Origin: a virus
IMG/VR virus record: IMGVR_UViG_3300025405_000009
Coordinates: 64,001 to 128,000 of that record
Direction: 5' to 3' (one strand)
Length of the DNA stretch: 64,000 nucleotides
Below, one piece after another: positions 19,363 through 28,780 of this stretch. The position numbers and the translations under genes were made by a program. Position 1 is the first letter of the stretch. Every line of letters begins with the position of its first letter. A model generated the notes under the pieces. It worked only from the letters and a program-made list of their open reading frames with translations, ran no database searches and had not been told where the DNA came from.

Positions 19363-20761
19363 ATAAAGCTTTTCTTTTTTCAGAGTGTAATAGACTATAA
19401 TGTAAGTTATCAGCTATATCAAATATTATAAGCTGGTCCTTATCCTTATGCAACCTAAGACCTCGACCAATTGACTGGACTATTTTAATCTTAGCTTTAC
19501 CTCCGCATGCAAAAATTATATAATGCAAATTTTTAATATTAATTCCTGTAGAAAAAATTTTAGAAATAGCTACAACAATGACATCATTGTTTGTTTCCAT
19601 AAGCTTACGAATACGATCACGTTCCTCAATTTCTACTTCTCCTCGTACAAAAAAGACTTGTTTATTAGGTGCTTCTTGTTTAATGTGATTATACAACAGC
19701 TCACCGTGTTCAATATAATCAACCATAACAAGAGCATTATTAGGAAGTTTAGTGCTTAACTTAGTTATTATTTTATTTCTAAAATTACTTACAATAAGTC
19801 GTTGAAGTTCTTTACGGTAAGTAATTTTTTTATTATCTTTGTGTAATAAATTAAGAATTGTTATCTGTACATTACTAACATAGCTATCCTGTCTTAAATC
19901 ATGACTATTCTTTTCATATATAACAGGGCCTATCTTACCAATAATATTCCATTGATCAAGTACATCCTCAGGCATTGTACCAGTAAATCCAAAACGGTAA
20001 GGTGTTGTAACAATTTTAAAAATATCATTAACTTTATTGCCTTTTCTTACTTTATGTACTTCATCCACAATTAGCACATCAATGTCAGCAAGCCAAGATA
20101 TATCACTATTTTTACTTTGTAAAATACCAAGATTAGCTACAATTACTTCCGAGTTTAAATTTATATCATCGTCACCTGTCCACTTTGAAACACTAAATGG
20201 AACACCATAATCTTTAAAATCTTGTGTAGTCTGCTCCACTAGTCCTCTATCTGGAACAACAAAGAGAGCCCTAAAGCTCCCTTTGTTAAACTGTGATTTA
20301 TACAGGTTATATGCTTTAGTTAAAAGTGTTGCCGAGGTAAGAGTTTTACCACCGGCTGTAGCTAAAATAATAGTACCTCTACCTAGGCCTAGACACTTTT
20401 TAACAATATCCTCCTGATAATCTCTTAGAGGTAAATTTAATTTTGGTAACTCGTAATCAAAGTCTAATTGCTGTTGCCAGGTATGACGAGCAGGGTAAAC
20501 AATATCTTGAAGTTCCTTACTACTAGTTACTTCTCCAACGTATTGACAGCTACGAATGTAGTCTTTTATAGCAAAATATAGACATGGCTCAAAACGACCA
20601 GTAGGAGTAATTGCATATGTTCTAGGTGGCATGAACCTACCATACCTACGCATAAACACAGCTGCTTCATTTTTAACAGAAAAGTGCTCACGTATGTCAG
20701 AAAGCATGTCTCCTGACAAAATACCAACTTTCTTCTTACTGTCATACGTAAACTCAATCAT
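19313..20761 (-). CDS. uvsW: SF2 DNA helicase UvsW
   Basis: LRDYQ, LATAGGKT, DEVH, GFTGT, QSIGRGLR. Confidence 0.92.
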   Translation of the reverse strand: MIEFTYDSKKKVGILSGDMLSDIREHFSVKNEAAVFMRRYGRFMPPRTYAITPTGRFEPCLYFAIKDYIRSCQYVGEVTSSKELQDIVYPARHTWQQQLDFDYELPKLNLPLRDYQEDIVKKCLGLGRGTIILATAGGKTLTSATLLTKAYNLYKSQFNKGSFRALFVVPDRGLVEQTTQDFKDYGVPFSVSKWTGDDDINLNSEVIVANLGILQSKNSDISWLADIDVLIVDEVHKVRKGNKVNDIFKIVTTPYRFGFTGTMPEDVLDQWNIIGKIGPVIYEKNSHDLRQDSYVSNVQITILNLLHKDNKKITYRKELQRLIVSNFRNKIITKLSTKLPNNALVMVDYIEHGELLYNHIKQEAPNKQVFFVRGEVEIEERDRIRKLMETNNDVIVVAISKIFSTGINIKNLHYIIFACGGKAKIKIVQSIGRGLRLHKDKDQLIIFDIADNLHYSLLHSEKRKALYEKETIIYTEKTIQEN

Positions 20762-20762
20762 C

Positions 20763-21152
20763 TTAGGTCATTTCGAGTTTCATAATCTCGATAAGGTTTT
20801 TAATATCGAAGGTAGTACTACTAAGAGTTTTTTCAGATTTTTCAAGTAACTCAATAATTAACTCTGTTTCTTGTATCTTTGTAGTAAATTCCTGAATTCT
20901 ACTATGTCTATCAGCTGTTGAAGAAATAACAGGCTGGGTAAGCTTAACAGGGCTTGTATTATTAATTTCTGACATAATGTCATTTTTAACTGTTTCCCTT
21001 TGCTTCTTAAGAGAATTAACGTTCATACGCATTCTTATCAATCTACCAGCCCATTTATGTTTAATTGCAGGTAAGCGTAACTGATAGTCCTTAAGATTCA
21101 ATTCATTAATCTTTAAGTCCTCTTCAAGCTCTTTAATGATTTCTTCTAACAT
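20763..21152 (-). CDS. uvsY: Recombination mediator UvsY
   Basis: Helical ~130 aa adjacent to uvsW; DLKIN..NL, FDIKNLIE. Confidence 0.75.
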   Translation of the reverse strand: MLEEIIKELEEDLKINELNLKDYQLRLPAIKHKWAGRLIRMRMNVNSLKKQRETVKNDIMSEINNTSPVKLTQPVISSTADRHSRIQEFTTKIQETELIIELLEKSEKTLSSTTFDIKNLIEIMKLEMT

Positions 21153-21187
21153 TAAGCTTAAGTATATATTACAGTAACTAAAAATCA

Positions 21188-21472
21188 ATGAGTAATTTTA
21201 ACAAACTATTTGATGTAATTATGGAGGATTTAACGAATTCTGCAGCAACAGCATTTACCTCACCTAGTATACCACCAGCAGGCAGTACAGGTGGTCACTT
21301 TCCAGGGAGTGGTGATCCGGCTGTAGGTGGTTATAATGGCGGTGATGCACGCTGGGCCTTTGGAAAAGAGAACTTTAAAATAGCTAAACCATCAAAACCA
21401 GGTAAGAAAGATAAGAAGCCAAAGGTACCTAAAATTAAAATGCAACGTAGAAATTTGGCTCCATCAATGTAA
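21188..21472 (+). CDS. Hypothetical protein with CTS-like leader and basic tail
   Basis: MSNFNKLFDVIME-D; Gly/Pro middle; Lys-rich C-terminus. Confidence 0.65.
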   Translation: MSNFNKLFDVIMEDLTNSAATAFTSPSIPPAGSTGGHFPGSGDPAVGGYNGGDARWAFGKENFKIAKPSKPGKKDKKPKVPKIKMQRRNLAPSM

Positions 21473-21480
21473 GTTACTAG

Positions 21481-21912
21481 ATGGAATTAGGTCACTGGCA
21501 GTTAAATGAAGGTATCACCGTTTCCGGTGAGTTTTTTGGTTTTATCTATGAAATAACCAATTCTATTAATAATAAGAAGTACATTGGTAAGAAACAATGT
21601 CAAAGTAGACTCAAGCGCAAACCACTTAAAGGTAAGAGGCGAAACAGAATTGATTACGTTGATTCAGATTGGCGTGAGTATACCAGTTCATCCAATGAAC
21701 TTAATGAGGATATTATAAAATACGGTAAAGATAAGTTTATTTTTAAAATTATAAAAATTTGTAATTCAAAATGGGCCCTAGCGTATTATGAAATAAAGGA
21801 ACAAATTCAACAGGATGTCTTAATGCGCGAGGATTATTATAATGGCATTATAAATGTACGAATTGGCCGAATTCCAAAGGGAGAGTTGCAGTCTTTTAAA
21901 AATCAAGTATAA
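21481..21912 (+). CDS. GIY-YIG endonuclease (DenA/EndoII-like)
   Basis: GFIYEITN...KKYIGKK, WREYTSSS, YYNGII; catalytic domain only. Confidence 0.85.
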   Translation: MELGHWQLNEGITVSGEFFGFIYEITNSINNKKYIGKKQCQSRLKRKPLKGKRRNRIDYVDSDWREYTSSSNELNEDIIKYGKDKFIFKIIKICNSKWALAYYEIKEQIQQDVLMREDYYNGIINVRIGRIPKGELQSFKNQV

Positions 21913-21919
21913 TCTGGAT

Positions 21920-22480
21920 ATGATCCAGGAGATAGCACCAATTCAGTATAATTTTAAAATTATTGACTTTTCTTCTGTAAGTAAAGAAATTTCAAGATTA
22001 ATGTTAGCTGACATGGAAAAATACGGTTTTTTAGAGAATCCAAAATTTTCTAAGGATATTAAACGCCTGCTATTACATCATACAATTCATAGTATTTGTA
22101 ATTTTTTTCTTAAAAATAAAAAAGGTACACCTGTTATTCTATATTTTGAGATTCTTGGATATTTTACTAAATTTCATGCTTTTTACGGTGAAAGTGAAGT
22201 TAATAGGTATTTGCATAACATTATGTTGAAACTTAAAAAAATATTACCGGTACGCATTTATATTGGAAGTATACCATTTGAAGAGTTAAAACAAGCAGTT
22301 GATAAAAACACAGGAGAAGGTATAGATTTTCTTAAAACTATAGAAATTCACCTTACACGATATGACTTTAGTAAATATACATTTAGTCGTATCAAACAAT
22401 ATGTAGCACGTTATAAATTAACTTTTTTAAGTAAAGATTACTTTAACCAATTAAAAACAAAAAACCTTCTATTTACATAA
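21920..22480 (+). CDS. Hypothetical protein, possibly degenerate T4 RNase H/FEN-like fold
   Basis: IIDFSSV...RLLLHHTIHSI...VILYFE; promoter TTGCAG-N16-TATAAT 6 nt upstream. Confidence 0.55.
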   Translation: MIQEIAPIQYNFKIIDFSSVSKEISRLMLADMEKYGFLENPKFSKDIKRLLLHHTIHSICNFFLKNKKGTPVILYFEILGYFTKFHAFYGESEVNRYLHNIMLKLKKILPVRIYIGSIPFEELKQAVDKNTGEGIDFLKTIEIHLTRYDFSKYTFSRIKQYVARYKLTFLSKDYFNQLKTKNLLFT

Positions 22481-22488
22481 ATAATTGT

Positions 22489-22914
22489 GTGAAATTCACT
22501 GATCGTATTGATAATTACCTTACCCTTTTAAGCGAGCAAGACCCGGGAACTCCTGAAGCACCTGCTGCAGACGCTACAACACCTGATCCAAATGCAGCTC
22601 CTGCTGCAACCGGAGAACAACAACCAGCAGATATAGCTCCTGCGGGTTACGTAGATCTTGTAAAATTACTTGTAAAAGCAACTGCAATGAATTTTCCAGA
22701 AGGTGACCTTGATCAATTGTATCAAACAGTCGTTACTAAAGAAAACGCTTTTACCGTTCGTGATGCTGTAAAAGATGCATTAACAATGTATGAAGGTGAT
22801 AATATGATGAGATTAGATAATCCTAATTATAAATCATTTTTAGATTCAATTAATACAAATAACCTTTATCTTAAACTTAATAAGATTAAATCAATTATTA
22901 ACAGTAGAGCTTAA
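22489..22914 (+). CDS. Hypothetical late protein, putative head-internal protein
   Basis: GTG start 5 nt after ATAAATA; MKFTDRIDNYLTLLSE-QD then Pro/Ala linker. Confidence 0.7.
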   Translation: MKFTDRIDNYLTLLSEQDPGTPEAPAADATTPDPNAAPAATGEQQPADIAPAGYVDLVKLLVKATAMNFPEGDLDQLYQTVVTKENAFTVRDAVKDALTMYEGDNMMRLDNPNYKSFLDSINTNNLYLKLNKIKSIINSRA

Positions 22915-22918
22915 AAAT

Positions 22919-23692
22919 ATGTACAAAAGCTTAAAAGACGTTTACGTAAAAGAATCATTTGCACGCCCGGTGCCGCCACCTTATATGCGTTATATAATTA
23001 ACGAAAGCGGTGAGGGTATAATTTATCCTTTTGAAGTAACAAGTGTTAGAACAGGTAAGGATTTAATTGAGCTTTTTGATGATGCTGCTAAAACATTAGG
23101 AATTAAACATATTGATTTTAATAATGCTTTGCAAAAAGAAGTTACTGTTTTATATACACATGATCATGCAGTAACAAAACGACTTAGTGCTTGGTTACAT
23201 GAACTCGATAATCCTAATAGTGAAATGATTTCTTTAGCTAATGGCAGAAAAATACGTGCTATTGGGTTTGAAAATTATAATAATATTTTTGACAAATTAC
23301 CGCTTAGTACGACTGTAAAAGATGGTAATGACGTACAGGTGAGACGTGCAATAGCTGGTGCTGTATTTTTACACGCTGCAATTTTAATGGGTAAAATTCT
23401 TAAAGAAAGAATGCACGAAGAGATTGGTCATACAGGTGGTCATGCAGGTGTTGTAATTAAAGATTTAAAATTTAAAGATAGAAAAGTTAAATTACCTGTT
23501 AAATTTGATATTGAATTCAACAAAACAAAAGAACAAGATAATAATGATCTAAACGGTGCCAGTGCATTTAGTTCACAAGATAATAATTATAGTAATCCAA
23601 ATGATAGCAAAACAAATTTTGCTATTGCACCTTATGGTTCTAATGGTGGTATAGCGAGTCCAGATAGCGCTGCTTTTGACAGAACAATTTAA
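22919..23692 (+). CDS. Hypothetical protein, putative head-internal protein
   Basis: 257 aa; VKE-S and INE-S sites near the N-terminus. Confidence 0.7.
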   Translation: MYKSLKDVYVKESFARPVPPPYMRYIINESGEGIIYPFEVTSVRTGKDLIELFDDAAKTLGIKHIDFNNALQKEVTVLYTHDHAVTKRLSAWLHELDNPNSEMISLANGRKIRAIGFENYNNIFDKLPLSTTVKDGNDVQVRRAIAGAVFLHAAILMGKILKERMHEEIGHTGGHAGVVIKDLKFKDRKVKLPVKFDIEFNKTKEQDNNDLNGASAFSSQDNNYSNPNDSKTNFAIAPYGSNGGIASPDSAAFDRTI

Positions 23693-23694
23693 TA

Positions 23695-26271
23695 ATGAAA
23701 TTCAACAGCTACGCTCAATTAATTCTTGATGCTATTGAATTAAATAGACTTAAGAGTTCTTTGTTTGAAAGTGTAGTTAGAGATTCAAATAAAGGTTATT
23801 TTCTTTTAGAAGGCGGTCAAGCTGCTGAAAATCTTACCGGTGATTTAATTGCCGCAACAGGTAATGATAAACTTCATTATACAAGAGCAACACCTACTCC
23901 AGAAGTTGTAAAAGAAGTTCAAGAGTTATTATCTTTATTACGTAAAAAAAATTATGTTGATTCAAGAGAGTCTTCTTTTTATCTTGGATCAAGTCGTCTG
24001 TTTGCAATTAAAGCCGGTATCAAACCGCCTACACCAAATGAAATAGAAACTAAAGAAATAATTCAAAAAGCTCTTCAAGCAAAAACAGATTTTGGTGATA
24101 TTGATTTAGATGTTTATTTAAATGACGGTGTAACAATGCATGACGTCGCAAACTTTTTAACACAAACATTTCCTCAAAAATATGCTGCAGAGGTAGTTGG
24201 TGAAGAAATTAACACAGCTGTTGTTTTAGGTAACACAAATAACATAATTCAAATTGATATTGTTAATATTAAAGGCAAAGAAAAATATTTTGGTGTATCT
24301 CAATTTGCTAGTATGGCAGATATAGCTGAAGGTATTAAGGGTGCAGTAAGAGATTTAATGATTAGAGCAATTGCTGCATCAACACCTATTACTCCCGTTA
24401 AGACTCAAGCATTAGATAATGCTGTTAAAAATACAGAAGAGTATAAAAATTTTGTAGCTAAAAATAATAAACTCGGTCCTGTTACTTACAATATAAGATA
24501 TACTCTTGGTGGTGAAGGTCTTGCGTATAAAATTACTTGGAAGGCTGGAGATAAAGAAAAAACATATAGTAAGAATGGTGTTAAGTTTGATCAACTTCAA
24601 CGATTTGTTAGCGGTAAAGAAGTAACGCCCGTAGCGTATGAAGATATTGATACATTAGCTGCTATCTTAGGATTTAAAAATGCTGAAGATATGAAGCATG
24701 TTGTTAAAATGTCTGAACTTATTTCAACATTTGATCAAGAGCGTAGACAAAAAATTTGGGATGTACTTGTAAAAAATATAAAAACAAAGCTTCCAAATCC
24801 TGCTACAGGTAGAAATCAAGGTCAAATGACAGTACAGGAAGCTAAAAATGCTTTGTCTTATCTTAGGCCATTTTTTGGTAATATCAATACTTCAGAAGAA
24901 GAACAGGCCTTTAATGAAAGTGTATTTATTGAAGAAAAAGCCGTTAAGATGGTTTCAATTCCACATATTGATCAAATGACTCCAAAAGATTTTTGCAGTC
25001 TTTTTAGTGGTGGTGCTTGGGAGGTATCTGAAAAGTATGACGGTTCGAATGTTTCGTTTGGTCTAACGGATGAAGGGCAAATATTTGTAAAATCTAAAAA
25101 AGGCAACCCGGTTACATCTTCAGCTGAGTTTTATCAATTTGCTAAATCATATGATAATGATATTTTTGATGGATTTGGTAGACTATTAGAAACTCTTCAA
25201 AAAAGTAATGTAGCTAATTTGTTTAAAACATTTGAACAAAAAGTTGGCGCACCAATACAAATTTTTGGTGAAATGTTTAGCAAAGCACATATGAATGTCA
25301 TACCATACGCTGCTGATTTAATTGGTAAAGGAGCTGTTGTTGTATTTGGTGTTGTTAAACTAGATACACCAAAAGGTACTGACATTTCAACTACACCAGA
25401 AGGATTAGAAATTAAGAAACAAATTATTACTGCTTTAAATGGTAAGGAGGGTTGGAATTTTTATGATAAAGAGCCTCTACAGTTAAAAATTAGTGATGAA
25501 GTAAAACAGCAAATTACTAAGACCTGTAGTGCTGAAAATATGGCTGTAATGGCTTCAAGAAAGAGAACGGGTAATGAAGCTGAAGCAAAGTCCAAAGCAG
25601 TAGCTGAATTTAAAATTTTACAAACTATGATAAAGAAGTCTCTTCTTGGATCCGTAGGTACTGAGCCTTCTTCATTAGGTGCTGCTGAGATTGAAGGTGC
25701 TATTATTCGTAATATACAAACAGGTGCAATTGCTAAGCTAGTTGACTTAGAAGGTTTTGGAAGACGTAGAGCTGAACAATGGGCAGGTGTTGATGCGTTG
25801 AAAGATTATCGTAAGTCACTCTTTAATCAGCTTAAAGATGATGTATTAAAGAATGCTGATATATTTGTATTAGATGATAAGCAGGTACAAAAACTTACTG
25901 ATGCAATGGAAATAAAAGGTGCTAGATTTAGTACTTTAGATGAAATGCTTAATGTACTTTACGGTGATGCTGCTGAAGAGATTGAGTTTAAAGATGCTAA
26001 TCAAATGGTACATGATCTTACAGCATCGTTACAAAAATATAAAAAAGATATTGAACAAGCTTTATTTAAAATTAATAAGAATGATCAAAAAGCTGTTCAA
26101 GATACAACTGCTGCCATTAAAGCTGAAAGATCAAGAATAGATCAATTTATTACTGAACTTAATACAAGATTACAAGGTAATCAAAATCCTTATCTATCCG
26201 TTATTAAATTCGTTCTAGGTCCTAAGACAATAGAAGAGTTAACAAATAAGTTTTTAGCCACAATAAAGTAA
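23695..26271 (+). CDS. Two-domain protein: Pol-beta-type nucleotidyltransferase plus ATP-dependent ligase-type adenylation domain
   Basis: N-half LGSS...GDIDLD...QIDIV; C-half SEKYDG (I), FGE (III), EGAIIR (IV), AKLV (V). Confidence 0.7.
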   Translation: MKFNSYAQLILDAIELNRLKSSLFESVVRDSNKGYFLLEGGQAAENLTGDLIAATGNDKLHYTRATPTPEVVKEVQELLSLLRKKNYVDSRESSFYLGSSRLFAIKAGIKPPTPNEIETKEIIQKALQAKTDFGDIDLDVYLNDGVTMHDVANFLTQTFPQKYAAEVVGEEINTAVVLGNTNNIIQIDIVNIKGKEKYFGVSQFASMADIAEGIKGAVRDLMIRAIAASTPITPVKTQALDNAVKNTEEYKNFVAKNNKLGPVTYNIRYTLGGEGLAYKITWKAGDKEKTYSKNGVKFDQLQRFVSGKEVTPVAYEDIDTLAAILGFKNAEDMKHVVKMSELISTFDQERRQKIWDVLVKNIKTKLPNPATGRNQGQMTVQEAKNALSYLRPFFGNINTSEEEQAFNESVFIEEKAVKMVSIPHIDQMTPKDFCSLFSGGAWEVSEKYDGSNVSFGLTDEGQIFVKSKKGNPVTSSAEFYQFAKSYDNDIFDGFGRLLETLQKSNVANLFKTFEQKVGAPIQIFGEMFSKAHMNVIPYAADLIGKGAVVVFGVVKLDTPKGTDISTTPEGLEIKKQIITALNGKEGWNFYDKEPLQLKISDEVKQQITKTCSAENMAVMASRKRTGNEAEAKSKAVAEFKILQTMIKKSLLGSVGTEPSSLGAAEIEGAIIRNIQTGAIAKLVDLEGFGRRRAEQWAGVDALKDYRKSLFNQLKDDVLKNADIFVLDDKQVQKLTDAMEIKGARFSTLDEMLNVLYGDAAEEIEFKDANQMVHDLTASLQKYKKDIEQALFKINKNDQKAVQDTTAAIKAERSRIDQFITELNTRLQGNQNPYLSVIKFVLGPKTIEELTNKFLATIK

Positions 26272-26272
26272 A

Positions 26273-26911
26273 TTAACGTCTCTTTTTACTTTCAAGAACT
26301 CTAACACATTCCAAAAGAACTTTTTCAATATTTTCTTTTGACTCATTACGTACTGTGCGCTTAATTTGATTAACAATACTACTACCGCCATTGTTAATAC
26401 TATCAATAAAATCTTGAGCTGAACCTTCTTCAATTTCTTCAGCATGTCCTTCAACTTCATCTCTATATTGCTCATAATCTTTATAAGCAAATACAGCGTT
26501 TAAATCATCAAATGATTGTGTAATTTTAGCTGCAATCCATGGTGATAATTCTTCTTCATCCTTAACAAGCTCGTGTAACATGGCAGCCATTTTAGCAATT
26601 CTAAAACATTGCTGTTTAGCCATATAACCATTTGTTTCATGTGAGTTACGATGATCTTCAATACCTTCATTATCATACCCGCTATGTACTGGTTTATCAG
26701 CAAATACCATATCATCTTCTTCACTTGCTTCACATGGACATTTTGGCTTTGTTTGCTTACACTTTAAGCATACTCTCATAGGAGCTTGATTAATAGCACC
26801 ATTAGATGAAGCGGCCGTTGTATGATCGAGAACTGATCCCGTTTCATCAGATTCTCTATAGACGCGTTGATTATAAATTTCATTGAGGAGGTTAAAGTCC
26901 TTGGCAAACAT
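26273..26911 (-). CDS. Hypothetical late protein with CxxC/CxC, putative head-internal protein
   Basis: TAAATA 7 nt upstream; MFAKDFNLLNEIY...YRE-S; CLKCKQTKPKCPC; WIAAKIT. Confidence 0.7.
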   Translation of the reverse strand: MFAKDFNLLNEIYNQRVYRESDETGSVLDHTTAASSNGAINQAPMRVCLKCKQTKPKCPCEASEEDDMVFADKPVHSGYDNEGIEDHRNSHETNGYMAKQQCFRIAKMAAMLHELVKDEEELSPWIAAKITQSFDDLNAVFAYKDYEQYRDEVEGHAEEIEEGSAQDFIDSINNGGSSIVNQIKRTVRNESKENIEKVLLECVRVLESKKRR

Positions 26912-26948
26912 ATACAATTATTTAGTCTATATGTGCATAAATAATTGT

Positions 26949-27260
26949 ATGTCATGTCTATTTGAATCACGTTTCATAGAGATCTTAAATGAAAAGAAAG
27001 CTCCAAGTTTATCTATTAAGCGTGGAGAAAAATTACCTGTTAATCGTGGAGGTGGCTTAACAGCCAAGGGTAGAGCAAAATATAACCGCGCTACCGGATC
27101 ACACCTTAAAGCTCCAGTAACTGGTAAGGCTAAAAAAGGATCTAAAGCTTCAAAACGTAGAAAGAGTTTTTGTGCAAGAAGTAGCGCTTGGATTCCAGCT
27201 GGAGGTTGTGCTGGTAAGAAGACTCGTGGATGCGCAGCAAGAAGGAGATGGAAATGTTAA
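26949..27260 (+). CDS. Basic Cys-containing protein (DUF6321-like)
   Basis: GGLTAKGRAKYNRATGSHLKAPVT...RRKSFCARS...RRWKC; ATAAATA 5 nt upstream. Confidence 0.7.
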   Translation: MSCLFESRFIEILNEKKAPSLSIKRGEKLPVNRGGGLTAKGRAKYNRATGSHLKAPVTGKAKKGSKASKRRKSFCARSSAWIPAGGCAGKKTRGCAARRRWKC

Positions 27261-27406
27261 CGTTTAAACAATTTTTTGTAGAAAAAAAAGTTAAAAGAGA
27301 TCGCTGTTTAAGTAGAGCTGACTCTGTTTACGGCAAAAAAACATCTGCCTATAAGTCTGGAGCAGTTGTTAAATGCCGTCAGGGTAAAATTTGGAAAAAG
27401 AAATGA
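27254..27406 (+). CDS. Small basic protein (50 aa, absent from ORF track)
   Basis: MLTFKQFFVEKKVKRDRCLSRADSVYGKKTSAYKSGAVVKCRQGKIWKKK; overlaps neighbours at both ends. Confidence 0.75.
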   Translation: MLTFKQFFVEKKVKRDRCLSRADSVYGKKTSAYKSGAVVKCRQGKIWKKK

Positions 27407-27651
27407 AATTTAACGACCTCGTACAGATACTTATTGAAGATTTTTCAAAAGAAAAAAAACAAGGTCTTCATGGTTGGTTTTCACGTAATCACGGACACGG
27501 TTGGATAGATTGTAAGACTGGTAAACCATGCGGCAGACAGAAAGGTGAAAAGCGTAGAAGCTATCCAGCATGTCGTCCGACTAAGGCAATGTGTAATAGT
27601 AGAAAAAATATTAAAAAAAGTTCAAAACGAATTTCTTGGAAGAAAAAATAA
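27403..27651 (+). CDS. Basic Cys-containing protein (DUF5872-like)
   Basis: MKFNDLVQILIE-D; GLHGWF...WIDCKTGKPCGRQKGEKRRSYPACRP. Confidence 0.7.
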   Translation: MKFNDLVQILIEDFSKEKKQGLHGWFSRNHGHGWIDCKTGKPCGRQKGEKRRSYPACRPTKAMCNSRKNIKKSSKRISWKKK

Positions 27652-27655
27652 TATT

Positions 27656-28084
27656 ATGAAAACATTTAAAGAATATGTAAACGGTAGATCAGCTGGTTCA
27701 CCGAATAGACCTATACTAGGTGTCACAGAGATAATTGACATTGAGGGTATTGGTGAAGTAGAAGCAAAGATTGATAGTGGTAATGAAGCTTATAATGTTC
27801 TTCTTGGTTTAGATATAGAACATCACGGTCATGAATGTACATTTACAACTGTAAATGATAAACGTATGACTTTACCCTGTACAGGTAAAGTAGATATTAA
27901 TATTGGAAGTGGTAATATTGAATCTCGTCCAACAGTAGAGCTTAATTTTACTTTACAAGGTAAACATTATACCGGTATCACATTTAGTCTCGCAGATCGA
28001 GCTCAGAATGATCAACCGGTATTAATTGGTGAGCCGTTTGTTAAAAAGATAAACGCTCTTATTGATGTAAAGCAAGGAGACTAA
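27656..28084 (+). CDS. Retropepsin-like aspartic protease (RimK-associated family)
   Basis: AKIDSG catalytic motif; LADR...PVLIG; starts MKTFKEYV. Confidence 0.8.
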   Translation: MKTFKEYVNGRSAGSPNRPILGVTEIIDIEGIGEVEAKIDSGNEAYNVLLGLDIEHHGHECTFTTVNDKRMTLPCTGKVDINIGSGNIESRPTVELNFTLQGKHYTGITFSLADRAQNDQPVLIGEPFVKKINALIDVKQGD

Positions 28085-28731
28085 CTTTTCATATTACTAA
28101 TGAAGTTATAAAATTCAGCTCTTGTAGCTCCATCTTTCATAAAGTCACCACTAAGCTTTGAGGTCTTCATCTCACAACCATCATGCTTAATACCTCTTAG
28201 ACAAGCACATGTATGAGAGGCACTTAACATTACAGCAACACCCTCATTTAATTCACATACTTCATTGATTGCATCATGAATCTGTACAGTTAATCCTTCC
28301 TGAATCTGAGGACGACGTGCATAAAACTCTACAATACGGTTAAGTTTTGATAATCCAATAACTCTACCCTCAGCAGACGGTATATATGCTACGTGGGCAA
28401 CACCTGTAAAGGCAAGATGATGATGGCTACACATTGACTTAACAGGAATACCGCCTTGAAACACCATTCCGTTATATCCATTACTTGGAAATGATGTAAC
28501 CTTAGGAGGTTCATCATAACAACCAGCAGCAAGGTCATTAACAAATGCCTTAGCTACTCTTAACGGTGTTCCAGTACTATTAGGGTCATTACGCCAGTCA
28601 AAACCAAGTGCATCAAGATATGCTTCATAAGCTTTAGCTGCATTTTCAATAATAACTTTCCTCTCTTCAGCAGAATGAGGATGATTTCCGTTAGCAAACT
28701 TTAATTTATACTCTTTTGTATATTCAGACAT
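28081..28731 (-). CDS. folE: GTP cyclohydrolase I FolE
   Basis: SMCSHH, GLSKLNRIV, RRPQIQE, HTCACLRG. Confidence 0.95.
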   Translation of the reverse strand: MSEYTKEYKLKFANGNHPHSAEERKVIIENAAKAYEAYLDALGFDWRNDPNSTGTPLRVAKAFVNDLAAGCYDEPPKVTSFPSNGYNGMVFQGGIPVKSMCSHHHLAFTGVAHVAYIPSAEGRVIGLSKLNRIVEFYARRPQIQEGLTVQIHDAINEVCELNEGVAVMLSASHTCACLRGIKHDGCEMKTSKLSGDFMKDGATRAEFYNFISNMKS

Positions 28732-28737
28732 ATACAT

Positions 28738-28774
28738 ATTATACTATCTATTTTCTTACTATCAACAATAAATA
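28738..28774. promoter_or_regulatory. Divergent sigma70-type (folE) and late promoters
   Basis: Minus TTGATA-N16-TATAAT; plus AATAAATA 28767-28774, 6 nt before GTG at 28781. Confidence 0.6.
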
Positions 28775-28780
28775 TTAATA

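Noticed and set aside
21481-21912. Mobile homing endonuclease
   Set aside because: No NUMOD/HTH DNA-binding extension and no intron; size and motifs fit DenA-like nucleases.
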